Positions 12,711-22,900 of a stretch of DNA of 64,000 nucleotides are shown here, piece after piece (within the stretch, counting starts at the first letter, position 1; every line of letters starts with the position of its first letter). The stretch comes from Macrostomum hystrix (lineage: Eukaryota; Animalia; Platyhelminthes), in NCBI GenBank assembly GCA_950097015.1, contig CATNEN010000041.1:434001-498000 (forward strand). Direction: 5' to 3'. Below the pieces are notes generated by a model. The model did no database searches. It saw nothing but the letters and a program-made list of their open reading frames with translations, and was not told the origin of the DNA. The position numbers and the translations under genes are program-made.

Positions 12711-13180
12711 TGGCCGAGGCCCCTGTCTGGCTTGCCTGGTCGCAGCCGCGCCCGAAAAGTTGCTCAAGTTGCAGGCTGAGTGCGGGTGAGTGACGCCTTT
12801 CGTACTCTTGCGAGTCGCCGGAAGTGGTATTTGTTTCAATGGCTTGGTAGCCAGTGTTTGATCATTTAAATAGTAAATAGTAATAGTAAATCATTTGCGA
12901 ATCATTTACTAACATCTTGTGAATCACACCTGGCTCTCCATGGACCTGCTATTAACTGGGTTCGTAAAGATGCTCAGGGTAAAGTTTGATGGCTGGGCCT
13001 CATTTGGCCGCTCAGATTGTACAGCTAGTGCTATGGGACGCAGCAAAGCATCAGCGAATCATTGCAATCATTGGTGAGATGACCAGAGGTCCAGGCCGCG
13101 CAGGCTCTGGTCTCCACGCGGAAGGAGGCGCAACTTTCTGAACGCAACTTTTAGGGTCCTGGTTGCGTTGTTTTTTAAAA

Positions 13181-13237
13181 AAGCTCCTGGACAGCGCGGG
13201 GATGCCTCCTCGTCCACTTCCTGAATCTCTTGGAAGG
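13181..13237. repeat. 57-bp exact dispersed duplicate of 15029-15085
   Basis: AAGCTCCTGGACAGCGCGGGGATGCCTCCTCGTCCACTTCCTGAATCTCTTGGAAGG is present at both positions; the flanks are unrelated. Confidence 0.95.
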
Positions 13238-13289
13238 GCAGAGCAAATTGGTTGGAGAGCAAAGCATTCATGATGGCCAGGCTTACCTA

Positions 13290-13800
13290 GAGCCTCTAGA
13301 ATACCTTTCATCTCCATGATAAAATAAATCCGACCTCCAACAATAGCAGTAGAGTGTAGGCCCGGGTAGCAACCGACGGCTCTGCGTCGCTGGCTGGACC
13401 CAGCTCAACTTCTGTTCCAGGGTAAAACAAGGACTCCAGACTCGAAGTTGTAGAATCTCAGACCTACCTGTCCAGCTTTTATGACGGAAAAGGTCCAGAC
13501 GCAGTGGTCGATAGTGAAATCGTCGGCTTAAACCATTCTTTAACGTGTCCACCTTCGGGAGGCTCGTCCTTGACAATGTTCCAGAGAATCGGGCTGAGGA
13601 GCCCTTTGCGGACCCTTTTTATAATGACAAGCAATTCTCATTTCTTTGATCGCCAACAGTGTCCTGCACTGATCAATGAGCAATTCGATAAAAGGGTAGG
13701 ACATCTCCATGTCCTTATCAATCGATCATTTGAGGAGGAGTGCAGGACACTCTTTCTCGATCAGTTGGGGTTGGTCAATAATTGATATGAAAATTACCTG
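13290..13800 (-). mobile_element. Decayed non-LTR retrotransposon (LINE) reverse-transcriptase fragment
   Basis: Minus strand reads KKGPQ/(frameshift)GLLSPILWNIVKDE, matching the RT motif (K/R)GxPQGxxLSPxLWNxxxD, and later FTLEQKLSW, resembling (I/L)LDxKLxW. Stops and frameshifts are present. Boundaries are approximate. Confidence 0.6.
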
Positions 13801-14885
13801 TTGATAATATTTCGAATCGCATTATATCTGAGGCTTTGATTGCCAGGGGACTTTTTTTGTTCAAATCTGACAAACTTTAAGCTTCTAGTTTTTGAGCTCG
13901 AGAACTTGAAGGCGAAAAATGCTAATTTCTAATTTTTGCAAAGAGGGTCAGAAAAGTTTGTAGGGCTTGCAGAAATCAGTTTATCTTCAATTTCAGAGCA
14001 ATTGTGATGCAAATTGGCTGCAGCTAGAGAATCGTAATACAAATTCTCGACTAATTTATCTCGAATTACACTACTCATGAAATTTATATAAGTAGTAAAA
14101 ATAGCTAGGATCGTGAAAATCATTGGAAAGTAGTGAAGCCGTGCGCATTCTCTCCTCCTCTTACAGATTTCGGTGCCACTCCTTGGAAACCAATCACTGC
14201 CCTACAGTCGCAAGCTCGCTGCTGCTGCTGCTGCCGCCGCTGCCTGGCCTGCATGCTAGCTCGACCTACTCGATGTCACTGCTCTTCTGATAGTTTGCGC
14301 TGCTACTGGGACAAGAGTATTTACTAATTAAACTGACTCCTCTTCCTCCTTCCTGTCATTTACTTCTCACCAGCTCCAAATCCCATTTTCAGTTCTTTTG
14401 TCTTTCACACTGTCATTGTGATAACAATTTCTGGCTACTCTGAATCCTTTGGCATCACTTTCAGTCCCGACACCTGCTAATTCTCTGCACTTTAAGCACT
14501 CATTCCACACAGAGAAGCAGTACCGTTCTCCCTCCGTAGCGGTCGTCTCTCATCAAAATCGAACTGCGAATATCCCACGGAGTATAGCAGTCTGACAGAG
14601 CTCTCAGTAAGTCTAAATAATTAACAGAGGGCTTTTGTGCGCACTTGTGTGTGTATTTTTTTGCTAGGCAAGTCGCGTTTTGCGCAAGAACTTCAAGAGT
14701 AGTTCGAGAAGTTTGAAACCGCGAAGACTTGACGGTTTCGCGCTGTCAAGTCTTTGTGAGCATTAACAGCCTAGAAAATTGCGCTTAAAGGGCATCGGGG
14801 ACTTCTGAATTTATTTACAGAAAGTGGTGGCTGGGCCAATCAGGATCTGAGATCCCAGGGGGAAATGAGAGAGGGGAATCAAGTC

Positions 14886-15186
14886 TTAGCCGTTGGCGAG
14901 AGTCTCCATTGACACTGACTGGCCAGCTGCAGGAGCTGGGGACGCTGGCGGCTTCAGAAAGTCGAACTTGTGACCTAAACGATCGTCTGTCGTCAGATTC
15001 CCTTCGTGCTGCTGCTGCTGTCCGAAAGAAGCTCCTGGACAGCGCGGGGATGCCTCCTCGTCCACTTCCTGAATCTCTTGGAAGGTAACCGGCTGCGTCT
15101 TGTGTCTTTCCTGCCGAGCCCGCCTAGCCACCTTGCCACGCTGGGGCCGCCGTCGAATGGGCACTTCTACTTCGTTGACGCCTGCG

Positions 15187-15218
<32 letters not shown>

Positions 15219-15449
15219 AGGCGCAACCGGTCTCGGGTTAAAGAACAGTGGGTCCAGCACTACTGACCGCTTCGCCGCTGCGACTGGGGCAGCTGCCGCC
15301 GAGTTCGTGGCCGATGCGACAACTTCCAGCTGACGCCGACGAATCGGATTAGGGCTGCGGAACACTGGCGCGGAAACCATCGGTGGAAAAACGTCATCAC
15401 AGCTGCTCCCGCTGCCTGAAGCCGTTGTCGATCCTCCCGAAGCGTCCAT
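14886..15449 (-). CDS. Unknown 187-aa intronless protein, low complexity with a RHKTQPVTFQEIQEVDEE motif
   Basis: ATG-to-TAA ORF, GC-rich, with Ala/Gln runs like other exons here and one non-repetitive motif-like segment. Confidence 0.55.
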
Positions 15450-18400
15450 TGACGCAACTTTACTTGCTGAAAAAGCTCTTGCGGACAGACAAAAAGCCTG
15501 AGTGCCACCTATTTGGCTAGCAATCTAAAAGAAATGCGAGGGATGAAGGCAACCTCATTCTTTCACCGTCTGCTTTTTTACTTCCCCAAGAGGGTGGCGT
15601 GGGGTGGCGCTTATTTTGATGGGGCAAGGGAAACTGGAAGGTGCGGTTGGCGCAAGCAGGAAGGGAGGAAGGCAGTTGGGAGCGTCGACTACAGAAGAGA
15701 AAGCCTGCGCGAACTCGCACCCGCACACGCACGCACTTCCCTTAACTAGGGTTAAGCCATTGCTCGCTGCCCCGCCTCTTCCATGCCAGACTACACGCAA
15801 GCGCATAATCTTCTTGCAGTCCTCGTCTCTTTTTACTTGGTCGAACCCTCCCCTAATCCGAAATTTTTAGGCTGAAGCTTCCTCGCCATGCTGACTTTTT
15901 TATACTCTTTCCAGCTTACCACGCAGCTTCATTCCCTTTGGGGCCACGCCTGGCAGCCCAGTGCGTGTTGCACCTTCAAATTAAAACCCATCCCACCGCT
16001 GCCACCATCCCTCCTGCTTGGGTCCATCTTAGCCGGCTGTAGCCTCTGGCATAGCCTTTTCTAGGCACTGCACCGAGCCTCCAGGTATCCTCATATTCTC
16101 TGACCTCTCAAGCCATCTCCGTCTCCTTCTGTGTCTCCTCCTTGTCGCCTGTTGCTCCTGCCGACGCTGCGCGTAGCGCTGTTCGAAGCGCTGCGCCTGA
16201 GTGGAGGGGCCCACATGTTTCAGAGGCTAAGACTGAGGCTGAAAGTCTGCTTCATTGCTTCGACCCCATGCCGCTCTCCCTAAAAGCTATCAGCTGGCGC
16301 TAAAGGTTGGCTTTCTCCAAAAGTTTGCGTTATGGCGGGGTGGAATCTGCCCTGCCGAACCTTTGCTGTCCTGACGTGCTGCCTTTGCTGTGCGGGACTT
16401 AAGGCAAATCGTTACATATGCGCACAAATGCACGGATAGCCAAAGCAGTCGAATGAAAAACTCCCGCGGTGCTTCCACACGCCAACGATCCCTTAGATTC
16501 TTGCTTGTTCCTGAACTTCTGTCTCGTGTCTAGCCCTTCTATCATGCTTGTTTTCCCATCCCTGTCCTTATTTGTCTCTACATATTGTGCTTCTTTGATC
16601 CCCGATTCGTGTGCAGCGTGGGCACATGTAGCAGCGCCGTGTTTCGCATTGCTGCTACTGACTGCCTACCGGGGAACAGGCATTCTTTCCAGTGAATCCC
16701 ATGCCCCATCCTCTTCTGCCTATCTTTCTGTGCGCCTATCTATTTTATAAGCTTGAAGAATGCACACATTGTTCCTAATTTGGCGATATTCATGATGTGC
16801 ACATAGTGGGATTAGAGAGCAGTCGAGCCTCATTGCACTAACAAAGCACTGCTGACGCGGTTCGTCATTTAGTCTATAAAAGATTTGCTGATATTGCTTA
16901 ATGCGTATGTATTTGCCCGCAGATGCAGTTGCTGATCATATAAAAAGCTATTATCATTGCCGTGCCAGCAATAGCCCGTCTATTTTATAATCCGCAGTAT
17001 AATCTCTAATCTGTTTATTGTTTATCCCTGCATATATAGCGACACTTATTACGTGCTTAATATCTAACGTTCACTTATAAATACATGCACAGCAAGTTGT
17101 GGCTATATCTAACCGGACCAACATCGTGAGCGCTCGTGTTTCTCACTTCGAGCTCAGCACCATACCGCGAGCATGCCCCACATTTAATTGCCCTGGAGCA
17201 GGATCCAACTGCTTTCGGCTGAATGGATGCTGTTACAGCAATTGCTGCAGCTGTTGCATCAAGAGATTAGCTAGCTCTAAATTCTTCAGATCATCCGACA
17301 TGCGAAATTGTTGCTGTAACATTAGCCTCGCGTCTGTCGGACTCTGTTCAACAGCTACTTGAAAGTGGAATACTCAACAAGCAAAGCCATCGGCTTCAAT
17401 TCTCTGTTGAGTTTCCATGGAACTGAATGATGTATTCTGGAACAGAAACAAGTTGAAATTTACTTTTTCTACTACAGTAGATCAGTAGTTCAATCCTCCC
17501 TGTCGAGAACAGTTATATGCGTATTTCCTTGCACTCGTGGCTATTCCCGATTAGCCACGATATTCCCGATTCCCGATTTTGGCCATTTGACCCGATCGAC
17601 CTTATACAGATCGAGAATGTACATTGCTGCATTGGGACTTTTTCTCGAAGTCTACGCGACTGAGTTCTAAAGTTGATCATTTTGTCCATCCTATAAGCTT
17701 GCGTAGCGCTAGCAAATAAAAGAGATGAAATAAGAGCTAAGTTAAATGAAACTACTCGTATTATCTTACGAAAAATTTATAGTACAAACCATTGACAAGC
17801 TGGACAAATAGAACTTAGCAAAATTTGTAGAAGAACAACTACCTTGTCCTTGGCAATACAATGTTCATCGTGTCAGGCATGGAATCAAGGACCAAGGATC
17901 AAGGATCAAGTGACCATTATAAGTAACCTATTTATAAAGTACCATTTACTAAACTTTAGTAGTCACAGGGAGTATTTGCACAAGTCCCTGATCAGTATTA
18001 TTTGCATGGAATATAGAGCAGCTGTGCATCTAAATAACAAAAAATTTATTTAAAAATTTTCAAAGACACATTTTGTGTGCTCGAAATAGGAATCCTAAGA
18101 ATTTTACTATTCCCTGTGTCTATCTCTATAATTCCCTCAAATGATTCACACTCACACTCATCGTTTTGTGACATCTCGTTTAAGAAAGTGAATGTTCTTT
18201 ATAAAACTGGCTAAAGTAAATTTTATAAGACACTTACCTTATCTTATCTTCTCTGTATTAAACCAATGAATGATTCAAAGTTGAGTATCATTCTAGCTAC
18301 TCAAAAAAATTGTTTAACTTTCCCGAAAATTAAGACTCTGCAATTTCAAAATGTGTTCATTATTTTATTTTTATCTTCGCTCACACGACTTAGGTGTATA

Positions 18401-19954
18401 TAAAATTACGTCTCCTAAATAAAAAAAGAAGGTATTGACTTAGGAAAAGAAATTTTTGTCCATCAATATATCAAATATCAGTATTAAAAGCACAAGAAAA
18501 TTTCTTCTTTTCAAGTGAGTACAGCTACTATTCACGAAATTACTCCTCACTTTTCTAAGTTGCGCAACTTAGTCACTCCTCAAATTTTATCTTATGTCAA
18601 TGACTAATAATGTAATAATGATGAGCTATAAATGACATATTTTTAGCATTCAAGTTTTTCGATCGTGTAAATGCTTTTGTAAGGGACCTATTGAGTTAAA
18701 ATTAAGTAAATAAAGTTATAACTTTAACAAAAAATTATAACTTTATAACTAAAAATAAAGTTGGTGAAATAAGGTCGGCAAAATTTATTATAAGTATATT
18801 GTCATATTGTGTTTTTATGTGTTAATCTGTGGCAAAAATCTAGGTCAATGATCTGAATATGTATTACAACCTAGCAACCATGTATGCAGCATTAAAAAAA
18901 CAAATCATTTTATAAATCTAAAGCATGTTCTACACTTGAGATTTTTAGAGTTAAATCTTTGAAAGTGGTGAATAATAGTGTACTTTATTATAAGTTGGGG
19001 TACAAAAATACACTTTTAGGCCTAACAATTCAAGGGTATAATAAATAGGTTATCAGATTTTATTTTAAAACTAATTAGTTTGATAACTAGTGCTCAGCAA
19101 TAACTTGTACTGGGACTGTGAGTGATGTGAATACATACATGCGCAACACCTGACATGTGAACCGGCCGGGTGAAACGAGGGCCAAGCAAGGCAAGTCGCA
19201 AAAACCAATTGACCAAGCACTAAAAATCAAAGGGGCACCAAGGACAAAAAAAGAGGCGTGAAGAAAAGGAAAAAGGGGAGAGAAAAAGAGAGCAAATGAG
19301 AGCAAACTAAGTCGTAAATAGAGCAATGAAATGAACTAAGTCGCAAATGAGAGCAAACTAAGTTGTAAATAGAGCAAAAACTAAGTCGCACGGCCGGCTA
19401 AGATTTGGGAGCTTGCGCATGTATGTGTGAATATGTGTATGAGGGGAGAGTGAAACTCTATTTAATTTATTTTAGGCTTCTACTTCATTTATATCTAATG
19501 AATTTGCTTGTTCAATGCTATAAACTTTTATCAGCTACAATAGTAGAAATGAAATCAACAATTATGTTTAGTATGGTCAGTAGATTATTTAATCTAAAAA
19601 CATTTCAATGAAGCTTATCAAAAAGAGTAATAATATTATCTATATATTTATTAAGTTCTTCTGCTTTGAAAATAATCAAAATAGTTTTTATGGCTATTCA
19701 CATCAAGGAAAAGAAAATTAGCCTAATTAACTAAATTAATGAATGCCAAAATATGTATCATGTTGATATCCCTGATTGCAATCCAAAGTCATTCAGTTGT
19801 CAATGTTTTCTGACTTCTGAATCTCTGAATCACAGGTTACAATACTAGCTATCATTGGTAATACTATTATTATTATTATATGACTAGAATCACAGCTTTT
19901 TTCTTTGCTGACTGTCTCACCTTGATGCCCCACCATGCAGCTAGCTAGTTGCGA

Positions 19955-22900
19955 ATGCTGGACAAGCTGAGATTCTTCCGCGATCGCGATCGCCACAAGA
20001 CTTCCAAGGCGCAGCAGCCAGAAGCGCAGCTGGAGCCGGCGCCGCCTGATCCGCTGGCATCTGGCAGCGGCAGGAAGCATCACTCAGCGTCCCGCTCCCA
20101 GCACCACTCGCGATCAGCTGGCCGGCACCACATTGCTCAGCCTGGGCCATATCATGCCACCGATGGCCTGCAACAGCAGCAGGCGGTTGCGGTTTATGGT
20201 GCTCACAGTATGCAGCACCAGCAGCATTATCAGAGCCCTGTTAACAATTCACTCTATGCATCTCATATACCAACGGTTCAACATGCGCAGCACATTCAGC
20301 AATACCAGCCGCACCAACAGCAGCCGCACCAACAGCAGCCGCACCAACAGCAGCTGCATCAGCAGCAGCAGCAGTCTCCTAGAGCTGTTTCAGCTTCGTC
20401 CGGCAGTAGTCGGCAGCTAGCTAAACCCACGCCTCATATTCCCGCGAACCCGCAGGGCAGTCGTTCCACTGGCGTTCCTTCGTATCCTCCGCAGCCCCAA
20501 AGTAGCCAGCAGCAACAGCAGCTTCCACCGCAGCCACCGCCACCTTTGCTTCAACAGCAGCAGCAACAAGCCAGTAGGCAGCACAAGTCCAGCCGCAGCT
20601 CTCGAGCCTCGTCGTCTTCGGGCAACGCCAGGTCGATAGCCAGCGGCAACCAGACTGGAGAGTCTCTAAAGTACTCGTCTATTCCTCTGCCAACCGGACC
20701 GCCGATGCCGCCAGCCGCTGCCGTTGCCGATGGCGCCGGGCAGCCACAGCGGGCGTCGGTTGCTACACAGTCCAGCAGGCACGACCGGCACCGAGCCAGG
20801 GAGCTCTTCAAAACCGGCAGTGCTGCCAAGCCCATATCTCAGCTGCAGAGGCCGTCGCAGTCTGTCAGCGTCTCCACATCAACAGCCGCAGTCGGCACTA
20901 CGGCGAGGTCCCCGGTCGCGCCAGCGAAGCATTCCGCTGCCACCGCTGCGCCGGCTGGGCTGAAGCCGGCCACCATGACCATGGCCAACGCTACGACCAT
21001 GCAGGGCGCGCCTCCGCCAAATTCGCTGTCCGTTTCTTCCAGCAGTGCCAAGCAGTCGCAGGTAGTGGCGGCAAGCGGCGCCGTGGCTTGCCTGATGGGG
21101 AACATGAGGCTTGAAGCGAAGCAGTCGCAAGCGGCTGTCGGGTCGGCGACAGGGGCGGAGTCTGGAGGGAAGCAGCCAGCGCAGTTGAACAGAGCGGCTG
21201 CCGCCTCCGCTGCTCCCTCGGGACGCGACGCTCGCGCGAAGTCGGAGGGAGTCGGCGGCTCGACTTTGGCCTCGCCGGCGATGCGAAAGCTGGAAGTGGG
21301 TGGCATGCAGCTCTCTGAGCGACTGCGCGAACGAATCGAGCGTGCCCAGCTGTCCCAGCAGCAGCAGCAGCAGCAATTTGGCGGCTCGCCAGCCAGGCTG
21401 ACGAATTCGAGCTCGCGACCACCGTCGCAGTCTGCTTCAGGCGCTAGCAGCAGTCCCTACAGCTACCTGAAGCTTGTGAACTCCAACGGCGCAGGTCGAA
21501 GCTTCGGTCAGCAGGGCGCCGATGTGTACTCTGGCTACGCTTCGGACGCGGACCCGAGTCAACGGGGGGGCAGCGGCTACGCCAGTGACGGCTACATGAG
21601 CGAGAGCGGCATCGGCTCCTGCGCCAGGCGGATGCAGCAGCGATTCCGGGAGGGCATGCAGGCCTTGCAGGAGTACAACTTCAAAGCTGCGGGGCCCTCC
21701 GCTCGCAGCGGCGGCGCCTTCGACCCCGATGCCGTTGGCGGGCCTGGTGATGATGGCGAGGACTCGAACTCAGTCAGCTCCGGGGAGATATCCGACGCTG
21801 TCGCGGAGCTGGAGAATGACGAGAGTTTGCTGAAGACCGGCGCCTCCGCTGCTCCGAGCGTCGCCCTCACCGCAGCCTCGATTCGACAGCAGCTGCGCCA
21901 GAAGCAGCAGCAGCAGCAGGGATTCGCAAGTAGTTTTCAAGCCATGCCCATCGGTCGAACTCTACTTAACCGCAGCAGCGACAAATACTCGCTGACTCTG
22001 CGCGGCTACGGTGCTCTGTCTGATGTAGAGGCCGCCGACGATTACGGCTCGCTGAACCTCCGTCGCATGGACGCCAGCTTTGACGGCCTCGGCGGGGATG
22101 CAAGCTGCTACTTCTCCGACACCGAGATGATCGGCACCTGCGACACAGCGGCTGGAGCTGCGCAGCGCGTTCTGCTGTCCCGCTTCTACCCGGCTGAGCA
22201 GTCTGGCGGCATTCGGCTGGCTGCAGGTCAGGCTCCGGCCGCGCCGCCCAGCGACCTGCTGGACTCGGACATTCTCGGCAAGTCCGGTGCCCGGCACGCC
22301 AGGTCACTTAGCGCCAGCAAGCAGCTGGCCTCGCCTGTGCGCGACGTCAGCCCAGCCTCCAGCCAGTCCAACATCCGGCTGCCGTACTCGCCGGTAAAGT
22401 CCAGCAATTCAACAGGATGTTTTCTGCAGCAGGCGCCGCCACCGCAGCTGCCTCCTGGCACAGCGGCTGCAGTCGCTGGCTCCGAAGGCAAGGAGGCCAG
22501 GGGTTCGACTCTCTCGCTGTACTCTAACCACTCAAATCTGTCTTCAATGTCTGCCAATGAGGAAAGGCAGCTCTATGAGATTCAGAAGCTCCGGAGGGAG
22601 CTGGAGCAGGCGCACGAGCGGGTGAGCACACTCACCAGCCAGCTGAGCACCAACACGCATGTCGTGTCGGCCTTCGAGCAGTCGCTGAGCGGCATGACAG
22701 CCAAGCTGCAGCACCTGGCCTCCACCGCCGAGAAGAAGGACTCCGAGTTGCACCAGCTCAGGGCGACTGTCGAAGAACTTCGTCGGCAGAGCCTGGCCGC
22801 CGCGGCAGCTGCGGTGCAGCAGGAGGCCTCGGCGAGTCCCGCTTCTCCAGAGACGGCGGCATCGGCCAAACCCGGCAAGCGGCACTGGCTCCGCGAGTCC

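Noticed and set aside
19160-19400. Possible MITE (CCGGCCG ends, four AACTAAGTyG motifs)
   Set aside because: The inverted match is only about 7 bp and there is no TSD.
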